A stretch of DNA of 64,000 nt, taken from a virus. Taxonomy: Duplodnaviria > Heunggongvirae > Uroviricota > Caudoviricetes. The notes beneath the pieces were generated by a model, which worked only from the letters and a program-made list of their open reading frames with translations, did no database searches and was not told the origin of the DNA. Shown here in pieces: positions 18,919-28,088 of the stretch. Each line of letters opens with the position of its first letter. Position 1 is the first letter of the stretch. The position numbers and the translations under genes were made by a program. The stretch covers positions 12,364 to 76,363 of IMG/VR virus record IMGVR_UViG_3300046786_000604, one strand, 5' to 3'.

Positions 18919-19136
18919 TATTAACAAGTATTCTTAAATTTGAAACAGAAGGTAAACTGATTAATTATTATTCAGTTAGAGTGCCAAACATATCACAACG
19001 AGAAGTAGATAGCTGGTGTTTAAAAACATTTGATCTCTCTGAAGACAAAGATAGATGGTTTACTGATGGATGGTTTGTTTATTATTTCAAATACGAAGCA
19101 GAACGTAATTGGTTTATCTTAAGGTGGGGTTCATGA
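18915..19136 (+). CDS. WF-LRWS family small protein
   Basis: DSWCLKTFD...FKYEAERNWFILRWGS; ATGA overlap. Confidence 0.6.
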   Translation: MILTSILKFETEGKLINYYSVRVPNISQREVDSWCLKTFDLSEDKDRWFTDGWFVYYFKYEAERNWFILRWGS

Positions 19137-19432
19137 TAACCAATTTATGTCAGGAAGTAGTTATGGATTCTGGAATGTTTTACGCACCGTATATTCCAGT
19201 TGGAATAACAGGAATAAAACCTTATTCTTTTATCAGAAAGGTTGACGATGTTAATGAATCATGGTATACTATAAAAATACAGCATCCACCAGCAGTGGAT
19301 TGGATGATAGAGGAATTACCAATCGGTAGTTGGCGGTATGCTACCAATACACCATTAGGTGGATGGGTAGATCTGTCGGTATACGATTTAAGAGAAGATG
19401 CATATAGTTGGTTTACGCTGAGGTGGTCATGA
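19133..19432 (+). CDS. WF-LRWS family small protein
   Basis: ...EDAYSWFTLRWS. Confidence 0.55.
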   Translation: MITNLCQEVVMDSGMFYAPYIPVGITGIKPYSFIRKVDDVNESWYTIKIQHPPAVDWMIEELPIGSWRYATNTPLGGWVDLSVYDLREDAYSWFTLRWS

Positions 19433-19647
19433 AAGTCAAGATCTATAAATTAGATCCGTATGAAAATGCGATTAAGGAAGCAATCGAAGAACACAATCTT
19501 CAAGATATACGAGGATATGATAGAATTATTCGTAAGTTAGGTTTTCCTAGTTGTGAGTTTATTCCAAATATGGGGAAGGCTGCTGATAGTTATTGGGAAA
19601 TGGATGAAATTGAGTTTACTTGGTTTGCATTAAAGTTTAGTAGATAA
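19429..19647 (+). CDS. WF-LRWS family small protein (divergent C-term WFALKFS)
   Basis: ...EIEFTWFALKFSR. Confidence 0.5.
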   Translation: MKVKIYKLDPYENAIKEAIEEHNLQDIRGYDRIIRKLGFPSCEFIPNMGKAADSYWEMDEIEFTWFALKFSR

Positions 19648-19649
19648 TC

Positions 19650-19862
19650 ATGGCATCGATTAATATAACTCACAATCAATGGAACAAACTAGCAGTTTAT
19701 CGTGATGAGTCCGATTCTAGTATTGTGAATATGCGTTCATCACGAGAAATGAAACAATACATCAAAGATACCTATCATGGAAATTATGATCAACTCAGAG
19801 GATTTGGGACCATCACATTTGAGCATGAACATCATCTAACTTGGTTTTTATTAAACATATGA
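19650..19862 (+). CDS. WF-LRWS family small protein (degenerate C-term)
   Basis: ...EHEHHLTWFLLNI. Confidence 0.45.
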   Translation: MASINITHNQWNKLAVYRDESDSSIVNMRSSREMKQYIKDTYHGNYDQLRGFGTITFEHEHHLTWFLLNI

Positions 19863-20128
19863 GATTTGAAGATATAAAACTACGATACACTGTTGTACTC
19901 GACAATTTAGATGACCTAAGAAAACATGCATCTGAGTTGCCACCCGGTATACGACCAGATGATTATGATGCAATCGCTGACATTATGTGCAAATGGTGTG
20001 AACAGCAATTTGGTGAGAAGACAGTAAAATGGGATTATTGGCTAGCTAAAGCTTATGATCCAGCTGAAGATCATTTTAGTTTTGAAGAAGAATATCAACG
20101 AACCTTGTTTGTATTGAGGTGGTCATGA
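19859..20128 (+). CDS. WF-LRWS family small protein
   Basis: CKWCEQQFG...EEEYQRTLFVLRWS. Confidence 0.55.
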   Translation: MRFEDIKLRYTVVLDNLDDLRKHASELPPGIRPDDYDAIADIMCKWCEQQFGEKTVKWDYWLAKAYDPAEDHFSFEEEYQRTLFVLRWS

Positions 20129-20346
20129 GTTTACCTAGAAATGGTACATATGAGTTATTTTGTCATCTTGGGTTAATCCATTGTTTTGATGATCCAGGAT
20201 TTTGTATTCGCGATGTTGCTGAAATACATGAATGGATTAGACAACAGCCTACCGATCTTTGGAGGGGCATGGATGAACCATATGCGTATACTGTATATTA
20301 TTTGCAACCTGAATTGTATATTTGGTTTAAAATGAGATGGATATGA
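20125..20346 (+). CDS. WF-LRWS family small protein
   Basis: ...LQPELYIWFKMRWI. Confidence 0.5.
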   Translation: MSLPRNGTYELFCHLGLIHCFDDPGFCIRDVAEIHEWIRQQPTDLWRGMDEPYAYTVYYLQPELYIWFKMRWI

Positions 20347-20597
20347 AACAAACATTATCAAATGCTGATTTACAGAAATTATGGGCTAATTGGCTATTAA
20401 CTTTACAAGGCCAACATGTCAGTGGCTATGGGCTTAGAATGAGTTACGATACTCAATCTCGTAATTATGGTCCTGCTAGGTGCTTCGAAGATTGGTTATT
20501 TTCACAAGGAGCAATAGTTAAACAAGTTAAAGGTAAACGCCACTTGGAATTCATGACACCAGAACAAGCAACATGGTTTAAACTAAAATGGCTATGA
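20337..20597 (+). CDS. WF-LRWS family small protein
   Basis: ...TPEQATWFKLKWL. Confidence 0.5.
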   Translation: MDMKQTLSNADLQKLWANWLLTLQGQHVSGYGLRMSYDTQSRNYGPARCFEDWLFSQGAIVKQVKGKRHLEFMTPEQATWFKLKWL

Positions 20598-20851
20598 ACA
20601 TTAACGAAGTAGCAGCATCTACTAAAAGATATTCAGATAAACTTGCGGCAGAACGAGCTCGGCGGGATCGAATATATAAGATATTCAAAGAAATTAAAGC
20701 GGAACTCGGTTGTGGAATTACCGGATTTCTAGCGTATGTCCAGAATACATATGGAATTGAACCAGTCAAAAAAGATGGATACATTACTTCAGAATTCATT
20801 ATTATCAATGAGCAAAAATACTTATTGTTTAGGATCAAATACGGCATATGA
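20588..20851 (+). CDS. small protein, degenerate family member
   Basis: ...EQKYLLFRIKYGI; overlapping start and stop. Confidence 0.4.
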   Translation: MAMNINEVAASTKRYSDKLAAERARRDRIYKIFKEIKAELGCGITGFLAYVQNTYGIEPVKKDGYITSEFIIINEQKYLLFRIKYGI

Positions 20852-21051
20852 CTACAATAAATTTAGACAGATTTGAAGATCCATTCGGAGTATTTGTATG
20901 GATGTGTGGAACATGGGGACCACCACAGTTTAACAATGATCGATGGGATTTACGAGAATTACGATATCTTGACTTACAGTATGAGTCAGATTTAACTTTT
21001 TTACTATTAAAATGGAATCTTAAAAAATATGATACATGGAATACAAAGTAA
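20848..21051 (+). CDS. WF-LRWS family small protein (degenerate)
   Basis: ...SDLTFLLLKWNLKKYDTWNTK. Confidence 0.4.
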   Translation: MTTINLDRFEDPFGVFVWMCGTWGPPQFNNDRWDLRELRYLDLQYESDLTFLLLKWNLKKYDTWNTK

Positions 21052-21364
21052 TAGCGCACATATATTGGCTTATTCAAATGGCAGTTCTTCAATAACATCC
21101 GGTTCATTACGAATGCAAGATGGTAGGTTAGAAGCATATGCTGGTTATAGTTGGATACCAGTAGAATGTGAGAATGGGATAGTTGGGTTAACAACACAAG
21201 CTGAACAAGCAATAACGTGGGCAACTCAGAAAATGCTTGAAGAACAAGAAGAACAAGCATTGATTGCAAAATATCCATCATTGGGTAGTGCTAAAGGTCA
21301 ATATGAAATGATCAAGAAAATATGTCAAGCTGAGGAAGCACTTGACACCAGTAAAGGAGTATAA
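21029..21364 (+). CDS. hypothetical protein
   Basis: 111-aa ORF in the array, no family motif. Confidence 0.4.
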   Translation: MIHGIQSNSAHILAYSNGSSSITSGSLRMQDGRLEAYAGYSWIPVECENGIVGLTTQAEQAITWATQKMLEEQEEQALIAKYPSLGSAKGQYEMIKKICQAEEALDTSKGV

Positions 21365-21368
21365 TATA

Positions 21369-21716
21369 ATGGAGTTCATAATTTTAATTGCACTGCAATT
21401 AAAACATTGGTACATAGATTTTGTTAATCAAACCGATGCAGAAGTTGTCAGTAAAGGCCATTATGGGGAATTAACCGGTATACTGCATAGCGCAAAACAT
21501 GGTATTGGAACCGGGGTTGTTTTTCTATTCATTGATCCATATCTAGCTCCAATCATGGTATTATTTGATGGGTATTTACATTACCACATCGATTGGGCTA
21601 AACGTAATTTTGGTAATCAAGATATCCAGAATCCTAAATTTTGGGCACATCTAGGTCTTGATCAGATGGCACATCAGTTATGTTATATCGGGTATGTAGC
21701 AATGGTGGTGTTATGA
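21369..21716 (+). CDS. hypothetical membrane protein
   Basis: MEFIILIALQL... hydrophobic segments; GGAG RBS. Confidence 0.45.
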   Translation: MEFIILIALQLKHWYIDFVNQTDAEVVSKGHYGELTGILHSAKHGIGTGVVFLFIDPYLAPIMVLFDGYLHYHIDWAKRNFGNQDIQNPKFWAHLGLDQMAHQLCYIGYVAMVVL

Positions 21717-22000
21717 TACGGGCTGAAACGTATAACGGTATCACTTGGCATAAAGTTCCAGTTGGAAAGCATTTACCATATAGGTCTATTTTTCACGGCG
21801 CAGATGGGCTAAGTGATGTAATTGATGAAATGACTAAATGGTGCGATGAACAATCGAGCCAATCGATGTATTGTTTAGAGCTGGGTAAGCGTACAATAGA
21901 TCCCAGTACATTCCAGCCACGAATACATGACGGAAGTTTTTGGTTTGAAAGTCCAGAAATGGCAAATTGGTTTAATTTACGGTGGAGTCATTTATGCTAA
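21713..22000 (+). CDS. WF-LRWS family small protein
   Basis: TKWCDEQ...KFWFESPEMANWFNLRWSHLC. Confidence 0.55.
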   Translation: MIRAETYNGITWHKVPVGKHLPYRSIFHGADGLSDVIDEMTKWCDEQSSQSMYCLELGKRTIDPSTFQPRIHDGSFWFESPEMANWFNLRWSHLC

Positions 22001-22257
22001 AATCAGCAATACCTAATGATAACTGGATCTGTGTTCCAGTTAAAGAATATATATACAAACTTAATGAGCCAGACATATGGCAGGATATGATGAGATGGTG
22101 TGATGAACAAGTTCATGATACCCGGTATTCGTGTGATGCTGGAGTTCCTAATATTGACAAAGTTACAATGCTCCCTGTATTTAAGAATTCAAAATTTTGG
22201 TTTGAAAGTCCAGAAATGGCGAATTGGTTTAATTTACGTTGGAGTCATTTATGCTAA
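21994..22257 (+). CDS. WF-LRWS family small protein (recent duplicate of previous)
   Basis: MRWCDEQ...KFWFESPEMANWFNLRWSHLC; last about 65 bp nearly identical to 21930..22000. Confidence 0.55.
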   Translation: MLKSAIPNDNWICVPVKEYIYKLNEPDIWQDMMRWCDEQVHDTRYSCDAGVPNIDKVTMLPVFKNSKFWFESPEMANWFNLRWSHLC

Positions 22258-22565
22258 AATTTAATTTAGAAATACGAAATCCATTTTTCAAAAATAGTGA
22301 TTTCAAGAATTTATGGTTTAAGAGTGGATCATTTAATCCACACAAGCATTGGGAATTACAACTGATGCATTATGATTGGAATTTGTTTGAACTTAACCTC
22401 AACATTAGTTGGAAAGGTGAAGATCATGCAGGGCCAAAGTTAGAGATTGGTATTTTAGGATATCAAGTTGCAGTATCGGTCTATGATAGTAGACATTGGG
22501 ATTATAACACTAGTACATGGGAAGTATATGACAGTAGAGAAGAAAACGAGAATACCGAAGCCTGA
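22251..22565 (+). CDS. hypothetical protein
   Basis: ORF in array; no family motif. Confidence 0.35.
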   Translation: MLKFNLEIRNPFFKNSDFKNLWFKSGSFNPHKHWELQLMHYDWNLFELNLNISWKGEDHAGPKLEIGILGYQVAVSVYDSRHWDYNTSTWEVYDSREENENTEA

Positions 22566-22806
22566 ACCAGAGCATAAAGACATTTTGGGTCGAAAGCTAA
22601 CTGTAGGGGATTTTGTTGCGGTTACTATTTTTAATGATTTAAAGATAGCCAAGGTAATTAAACTTAATCCTAAAATGGTTAAGGTTAAAGTATTGGATGT
22701 TAGAAATAATAATTGGTATAGAGGTGAACATAACCGATATTCCGGAGATATGGTCATCGTAGATGGTCCATATATTTCAATGTATATTATTAAGAACAGT
22801 GCGTAG
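22528..22806 (+). CDS. hypothetical protein
   Basis: MTVEKKTRIPKPEPEH...; start uncertain, overlaps the previous ORF. Confidence 0.35.
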   Translation: MTVEKKTRIPKPEPEHKDILGRKLTVGDFVAVTIFNDLKIAKVIKLNPKMVKVKVLDVRNNNWYRGEHNRYSGDMVIVDGPYISMYIIKNSA

Positions 22807-23059
22807 AAAATTAACTAATTTAGAAAGAATTGTCTCACCAGAAACTGATGAATTAATCAAATGGTTAGAGAAGAATGTAGGTCTACTGATCGATGATAAG
22901 ACCTTATATTATAGACAAGGTGATGGATGGATGATGTACATTAGAGATGAAAGAATAGATAATGTATTTACTGGTAAAAAACTGGTATATGTTCAATTTG
23001 ATGCTAGGAAGATTAAACGAGCACAAATGACATGGTTCAGAATGAGATGGGCAGCATGA
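22763..23059 (+). CDS. WF-LRWS family small protein (start uncertain, possibly GTG 22799)
   Basis: ...RKIKRAQMTWFRMRWAA. Confidence 0.45.
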   Translation: MVHIFQCILLRTVRRKLTNLERIVSPETDELIKWLEKNVGLLIDDKTLYYRQGDGWMMYIRDERIDNVFTGKKLVYVQFDARKIKRAQMTWFRMRWAA

Positions 23060-23385
23060 AACCTATTTCAATTTCAAAAGAAAATTGGCATTTGTTATTA
23101 ACAGAGATGCGTAAGGATTATCCAAGAAGTGTATTAGCCATAAAAGAAAAGACCAAGCGAGTATTGGGATTTACTTCACGCGAACATTCTGTATGGATTG
23201 AAAATAAAAATTATCAAAAGGAATATGAAGAATACGAGCGTGATAAAACCGATCCTGCTGCATTGTGGGTTGGTGAACCATTTAAAGGACATAGCAAAAA
23301 AATAATCCAACTTGATTTTTATGATGAAGCAAAGAGAACATTTTTCTTAATAAAGTATAGTGAGTTTTTAAAATGCGAGATTTAA
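23056..23385 (+). CDS. small protein, divergent family member
   Basis: ...EAKRTFFLIKYSEFLKCEI; ATGA overlap. Confidence 0.45.
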   Translation: MKPISISKENWHLLLTEMRKDYPRSVLAIKEKTKRVLGFTSREHSVWIENKNYQKEYEEYERDKTDPAALWVGEPFKGHSKKIIQLDFYDEAKRTFFLIKYSEFLKCEI

Positions 23386-23519
23386 TACTAGAGCGTATTG
23401 CTACTCACTGGAATGAGTCATTGGAAGACATATTTGACATAACGATCACAGATGTGTATAATATGTCAGACAACGATTTACTTAATATATATAACGCAAT
23501 TTTTGAATTAGGGGTATAA
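23373..23519 (+). CDS. hypothetical small protein (48 aa)
   Basis: MRDLILERIATHW...; contains an internal promoter. Confidence 0.3.
   Translation: MRDLILERIATHWNESLEDIFDITITDVYNMSDNDLLNIYNAIFELGV
23434..23462 (+). promoter_or_regulatory. sigma70-type promoter with extended -10 (TTGACA-17-TGnTATAAT) internal to the array
   Basis: TTGACAtaacgatcacagatgtgTATAAT. Confidence 0.5.
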
Positions 23520-23521
23520 AA

Positions 23522-23740
23522 ATGAAACAAGTGAGTGTAGGAATGTTCAAACTGCCAGGTCTAGCTTTTGATCGTGATGAGATGCCAGATGATTTACGAG
23601 ACGAAATGGTTGAATGGTCTGAAAGTTCTAATTGTGGTATCTTTATGACTGATCGGTTATGGTCTTTTAAGACAGAGGGACATCGTGATTTCTTTTTATT
23701 AAGATGGGCTGACCGAGTACCTAAGAAAGATAAAGAGTGA
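23522..23740 (+). CDS. WF-LRWS family small protein
   Basis: ...KTEGHRDFFLLRWADRVPKKDKE. Confidence 0.5.
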   Translation: MKQVSVGMFKLPGLAFDRDEMPDDLRDEMVEWSESSNCGIFMTDRLWSFKTEGHRDFFLLRWADRVPKKDKE

Positions 23741-23934
23741 AGCGATACTACGTCCAAGATTCCTGTTTAGTGGATAATGGATATTCATGGTATCATATCT
23801 ATTCAATGGATATGGAACTCTGGAGCTGGTTGTGGAAGCAACCAGGTGATTTATGGTCTTCTATAAAAAATAGTCCAGAGTTCCTTATTCGTGAGGATCT
23901 ATATATTTGGCTTAAATTGAGATTTAGTTCATGA
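23737..23934 (+). CDS. WF-LRWS family small protein (GTG start)
   Basis: ...REDLYIWLKLRFSS. Confidence 0.45.
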   Translation: MKRYYVQDSCLVDNGYSWYHIYSMDMELWSWLWKQPGDLWSSIKNSPEFLIREDLYIWLKLRFSS

Positions 23935-24197
23935 CAAAAAGTATTAAATTAACCTTATCTCAATACGAGAAATTAAAAGAATGGCGGGATCATGAAAAGC
24001 CGTCATTAACAATGACTGCCTATATTAAAGAACGGTTTAATGCACAACTGAAGCATAGATACGATTATAGAGTAGCCACGTATTATAAAAGTAAAGGCAT
24101 GTCAGTAGAATATCCATATAGCTATCGTGGATATGAATTCACAGTTATCTTCGATCATCACGACGAGCGTTTTACTTGGTTTATGTTGCATGTCTAA
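23931..24197 (+). CDS. WF-LRWS family small protein (degenerate C-term)
   Basis: ...HHDERFTWFMLHV; ATGA overlap. Confidence 0.45.
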   Translation: MTKSIKLTLSQYEKLKEWRDHEKPSLTMTAYIKERFNAQLKHRYDYRVATYYKSKGMSVEYPYSYRGYEFTVIFDHHDERFTWFMLHV

Positions 24198-24462
24198 AAT
24201 TTTACAATATATAAAATCATTATTTCATAAACCCGACCCGGTATTTGTCGTGTTAAGATATGAGCAGTATTGCTACATCCGAGATAGCTATGGATGTAAG
24301 TCTATCAATGACTTATCTCCTATTATTAAACAGGAGTTTCGTGCAAATGTAAATTTTATTAATTATGATAGGTTAGGACCAAATGTACGTTTTACCTTTC
24401 ACAAACCTGAATATAAAACTTGGTTTTTATTAAAGTGGAATTTAAATGAATATATCAAATAA
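24190..24462 (+). CDS. WF-LRWS family small protein
   Basis: MSKILQYIK...FHKPEYKTWFLLKWNLNEYIK. Confidence 0.5.
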   Translation: MSKILQYIKSLFHKPDPVFVVLRYEQYCYIRDSYGCKSINDLSPIIKQEFRANVNFINYDRLGPNVRFTFHKPEYKTWFLLKWNLNEYIK

Positions 24463-24646
24463 AGAAGCAGTAGTTAATATAACCGGTGATAGGCATACTG
24501 CAGTAGAAATTGCCAACTGGTGTCGAAGTAAAAGTTTAATTCACGATGTTGATTACAAATGGTATATGACTAGTATCAATAACATAGTGTTTGAATTCAG
24601 AGAATTGTCTGATGCAACAGTGGTGAAAGATCAATGGGCCACATAA
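24446..24646 (+). CDS. small protein, partial family motif (ANWC)
   Basis: VEIANWCRSKS...; lacks the C-terminal WF motif. Confidence 0.4.
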   Translation: MNISNKEAVVNITGDRHTAVEIANWCRSKSLIHDVDYKWYMTSINNIVFEFRELSDATVVKDQWAT

Positions 24647-24867
24647 CATTTGATGAAGAACTTGAGGCAATATTTTTGGAAACATCATACAAAATAGTAT
24701 CAAAAAATATTGATAAAAATGGTGAATTATGGTATAACATGCGTATCTACCGTGCTGAACTTCGTAGATGGGTTAAAACACAGAATACAAAATTCTGGTA
24801 TAGAAATGAAACCATTATCGATTATAGCATCAATGAACATTTATTCACTTTATTGGCATTAAAATGA
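24634..24867 (+). CDS. small protein, degenerate family member
   Basis: ...NEHLFTLLALK. Confidence 0.4.
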   Translation: MGHITFDEELEAIFLETSYKIVSKNIDKNGELWYNMRIYRAELRRWVKTQNTKFWYRNETIIDYSINEHLFTLLALK

Positions 24868-25142
24868 CAGATGCAGAATTTGTTAGAAAGTTTGGTATAT
24901 TATCGATGTATTATCAAGAAAAAGAACTTGATTTTTATTATGGGTTCCGGTCAGATACTCGTATAACGATTGAGATGTCAAATGTTGGGGTAGACTTGAT
25001 AAAAAACATGTGTTATCATGAGGATCAGGTGCATGATATATTACGAAAAGAACTTCATGAGAAAGACATGCGTGAGAAATATCCAGCCATACAAACTGCC
25101 TGGGATAATTATCAACTCTTATTAAAAATCGCTAATGACTGA
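24864..25142 (+). CDS. hypothetical protein
   Basis: ATGA-coupled ORF without the motif. Confidence 0.4.
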   Translation: MTDAEFVRKFGILSMYYQEKELDFYYGFRSDTRITIEMSNVGVDLIKNMCYHEDQVHDILRKELHEKDMREKYPAIQTAWDNYQLLLKIAND

Positions 25143-25389
25143 AGTTCATAAACTAATAAACAAATGTGATAAGTTTATGTTAACTTATCATAAAACCAAG
25201 TACCACGAATGGTATAGAATAGAATTAACATTACGACATCGATTCTGGACCGAAGATACCTTGATGCAAGAATATAATGACTTCTTTGGAGAGAGATCGT
25301 TGTCGGCTGGCTGGAACTATATCGATATAGAAGAAGCCAAATCAAAATATACCTGGGCAGTATTAAAATGGAACAACGATGAGACATAG
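25135..25389 (+). CDS. WF-LRWS family small protein (variant)
   Basis: ...AKSKYTWAVLKWNNDET. Confidence 0.45.
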   Translation: MTEVHKLINKCDKFMLTYHKTKYHEWYRIELTLRHRFWTEDTLMQEYNDFFGERSLSAGWNYIDIEEAKSKYTWAVLKWNNDET

Positions 25390-25627
25390 ATTCCAATGGC
25401 AGAAAGATTTATCTAATCTGCAAAAACGCTATCTGGGTGGATTTCCAAATTTAATAAGTGATGATGAGAAAATGATTCAACATGTATTGGATGAATTTAA
25501 AAAATCATATCCAGGTAATTTTTCACTTCGCTGGAAATATGATATTGATTGGGGAGTGATGGTTCTTTATCCCGAGTTTGAACGACCTGAAGAGGGAACA
25601 TTTTGGAAACTGAAATACAGCAACTAA
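25379..25627 (+). CDS. WF-LRWS family small protein (variant)
   Basis: ...EEGTFWKLKYSN. Confidence 0.45.
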   Translation: MRHRFQWQKDLSNLQKRYLGGFPNLISDDEKMIQHVLDEFKKSYPGNFSLRWKYDIDWGVMVLYPEFERPEEGTFWKLKYSN

Positions 25628-25806
25628 ACGAATATCATGGTATTCGACTAAAACAATCAATTAATGAACCACGTAAGCTTACTGAAATATTAACATGGTG
25701 TAGTGTTCAATTTGGTCCATTAAGTAAGAGGTGGTTTTTGAAAGGAAGTTATATTTATTTTAAGAATGAAGAAGATTTTACATGGTATCTATTAAAATGG
25801 GGATAA
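25603..25806 (+). CDS. WF-LRWS family small protein (TTG start?)
   Basis: LTWCSVQFGPLSKRW...FKNEEDFTWYLLKWG. Confidence 0.5.
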   Translation: METEIQQLNEYHGIRLKQSINEPRKLTEILTWCSVQFGPLSKRWFLKGSYIYFKNEEDFTWYLLKWG

Positions 25807-25807
25807 T

Positions 25808-26014
25808 ATGTTTACAGTAGTAGATAAGCATTATAACAGCTTAATGAATGATTACTGGTATCGGATAGATATATCGAATAGTGATTTAAGAAACTGGCTT
25901 GTAAAACAACCATCTAGATTATGGTGTCATATTGAATTTTCCAACTATGGTGATTCATATACCATCAATGAAGAATTATATACATTATTACAACTTACTT
26001 GGGGAGACCAATGA
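25808..26014 (+). CDS. small protein, degenerate family member
   Basis: ...NEELYTLLQLTWGDQ. Confidence 0.4.
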   Translation: MFTVVDKHYNSLMNDYWYRIDISNSDLRNWLVKQPSRLWCHIEFSNYGDSYTINEELYTLLQLTWGDQ

Positions 26015-26364
26015 AACAGCATAAACTTGTCCTTCAAGGACACTTAAACCATTACGGATTTCTATTTGGTGGAGAATTATTACGTTGGATAGATGAAACT
26101 GGATATATAGCTGTGAATTTAGAATTTCCAGGACACGAGTTTGTTACAATTGGGTTGAATCAGGTGGTATTCCATAAAAGCATTGTTTCTGGCTCAATTT
26201 TAACGTTTGATACTGCATTGGTTAAGAAAGGTAATACATCAGCAACATTTAATATAGATGTATATGCGAATACAACACCAGACATACGGTTATTTAGTAC
26301 TGAAATAACGTTTGTATCAATAGATAAAGATGGTAATAAAACACCGATTAGGGAAACAATATGA
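26011..26364 (+). CDS. acyl-CoA thioesterase, hotdog fold (YciA/4HBT-like)
   Basis: LQGHLNHYGFLFGGELLRWIDETGYIAV hotdog thioesterase signature; ATGA overlap. Confidence 0.6.
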   Translation: MKQHKLVLQGHLNHYGFLFGGELLRWIDETGYIAVNLEFPGHEFVTIGLNQVVFHKSIVSGSILTFDTALVKKGNTSATFNIDVYANTTPDIRLFSTEITFVSIDKDGNKTPIRETI

Positions 26365-26630
26365 CATTTATTCAAAAACATTTACACTACTGCTTTTTAA
26401 TGCAAGCATATGGGTTTAAATCAGCTGCTGGATATCCAGTATTAATCGATCATGAAAAATGTACTGCTAGCAAGATTGTTGGCTATGTATGTTTTGATAG
26501 TTATAACATGCCTTTAGAATGGGATCTTAATGGAAAGCCATTAAAACTACCATTACATCAGGGTCTAGGCTTAGTGCCGATTCGGAAAGTTGAAAGCTAT
26601 GAAGTTATACCGGTTGAAGAACGAGTATGA
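26361..26630 (+). CDS. hypothetical protein
   Basis: ATGA-coupled 89-aa ORF. Confidence 0.4.
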   Translation: MTFIQKHLHYCFLMQAYGFKSAAGYPVLIDHEKCTASKIVGYVCFDSYNMPLEWDLNGKPLKLPLHQGLGLVPIRKVESYEVIPVEERV

Positions 26631-26893
26631 TTGATCATGATATAGCATCGATGTATGCTTATTCTATGCCCTCTGTGATTACTAGCCTACCACCAAGTAA
26701 GCCAATCGGTGAAATCTTCATAGGTACATTAGGTGATTTTTGTGTACGTGTTAATTGGCATGAACAAGAAATGCAAGAATGGTGTATTAAAACTTATGGT
26801 AAAGATCATAATCGATGGGTCAATATTGATAGAACATTTGCATTTCATAATGAAGAAGACCGCAACTGGTTTATTTTGAGATGGAGTTCGTAA
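26627..26893 (+). CDS. WF-LRWS family small protein
   Basis: EWCIKTYGKDHNRW...FHNEEDRNWFILRWSS. Confidence 0.6.
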   Translation: MIDHDIASMYAYSMPSVITSLPPSKPIGEIFIGTLGDFCVRVNWHEQEMQEWCIKTYGKDHNRWVNIDRTFAFHNEEDRNWFILRWSS

Positions 26894-27138
26894 TGAATGA
26901 AGAAACATTAAGAAAACAATTCCCACAATTTAAACATTGTGTAGCAGTAAAGAAATCAGACATTGATGATTTGAAAATGATAGTTCGTATATCACGGTAT
27001 TTGCAAGATTATTGCAAAGCCAGGATATTAAGAGAATACAGATCATATTCTGAAAATGGATATCATTATTATTGGTTTATTGAACAAGAACCTGCAACTA
27101 AATTACAGTCATGGAAAGATCACGAGAACATTCAGTAA
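26893..27138 (+). CDS. hypothetical protein
   Basis: MNEETLRKQF...; no motif. Confidence 0.4.
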   Translation: MNEETLRKQFPQFKHCVAVKKSDIDDLKMIVRISRYLQDYCKARILREYRSYSENGYHYYWFIEQEPATKLQSWKDHENIQ

Positions 27139-27317
27139 TAATTAAGTTCAGTTATGCAAGTGAAGTAATGGCCATAATAAGAGAACTTAGAGATAACGGT
27201 TTAGTACAAGGAGACGATTTTGAATTCAAAATTGAACGACATAATGGTTCACCAACAGTCCGGTTATACTTTGATAACCCAGCCAGAGCGACGTTTTATC
27301 GTATCAAGTATGCCTGA
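27111..27317 (+). CDS. small protein, variant family member (start uncertain)
   Basis: ...NPARATFYRIKYA. Confidence 0.4.
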   Translation: MERSREHSVIIKFSYASEVMAIIRELRDNGLVQGDDFEFKIERHNGSPTVRLYFDNPARATFYRIKYA

Positions 27318-27585
27318 AGATAAATTTAAAATATTTGATAATGAAGTTTACGAGTTTAAGCCAGTAAAGACGTTAAAAATTGCTCACTTTACAACTGCGT
27401 GGGTAATAAACAATGTATATGATTGGCTTCAAAAAGAAGATGACGGCCAATGGGTTAATCAACATTGTAAGAACATTTATTTTGAAGCTAGTATTTCTCC
27501 GAAAGATTATATGTTAAATTGTCGGATAGCTGCATATATCAAACCATCCGATAATACCTTCTATCAGCTGAAATTTTCAGCTTGA
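27310..27585 (+). CDS. small protein, variant family member
   Basis: MPEDKFKIF...SDNTFYQLKFSA; stop TGA lies inside the next promoter -35. Confidence 0.4.
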   Translation: MPEDKFKIFDNEVYEFKPVKTLKIAHFTTAWVINNVYDWLQKEDDGQWVNQHCKNIYFEASISPKDYMLNCRIAAYIKPSDNTFYQLKFSA

Positions 27586-27610
27586 CACATATCTCTATAA
27601 TTGCTATAAT
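27583..27610 (+). promoter_or_regulatory. sigma70-type promoter (TTGACA-16-TATAAT) embedded in a 12-bp inverted repeat
   Basis: TTGACAcatatctctataattgcTATAAT; ATCTCTATAATT (27591..27602) and AATTATAGAGAT (27622..27633) form a perfect inverted repeat. Confidence 0.5.
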
Positions 27611-27637
27611 TTAATTTTAATAATTATAGAGATTTCA

Positions 27638-28087
27638 ATGACTACATTCTATAAAAAAGTTGGTAAAAGATACATCCCAGTATCTCAATTTGACAGCGAA
27701 TTATTAAGTGCCTATCCAAAAGGCACACATCTAACTATTTGCATACCAGGTAAATCATCACGTCGATTCAATATCGAACCAGCATTTGCTCCTATGATTG
27801 CTGCTGGCGGATATGCAGAAGAAGCGATTGCCCAAGTAATGATGGAAAAGTTATCATTATCACCACAAAAATACCCATTAACTATTGAACAAAAAAAAGC
27901 ATGGGAAAACTTTAAAGAAGTCATGGGTGAAGATAATTGTAGATTATCTAGTGGTAGTATAATGGAAGCAGTTCGTGCAGGTGTTAATGCCATGGCTGAA
28001 GAAGCCAAAGAGCTATTAGAAAACCCAGCATTACAGAATAGTTATGACAACTTTATTTTATTAAGCAAACTTACAAGAGGCAAATAA
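27638..28087 (+). CDS. hypothetical protein
   Basis: 149-aa ORF after the promoter. Confidence 0.45.
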   Translation: MTTFYKKVGKRYIPVSQFDSELLSAYPKGTHLTICIPGKSSRRFNIEPAFAPMIAAGGYAEEAIAQVMMEKLSLSPQKYPLTIEQKKAWENFKEVMGEDNCRLSSGSIMEAVRAGVNAMAEEAKELLENPALQNSYDNFILLSKLTRGK

Positions 28088-28088
28088 C

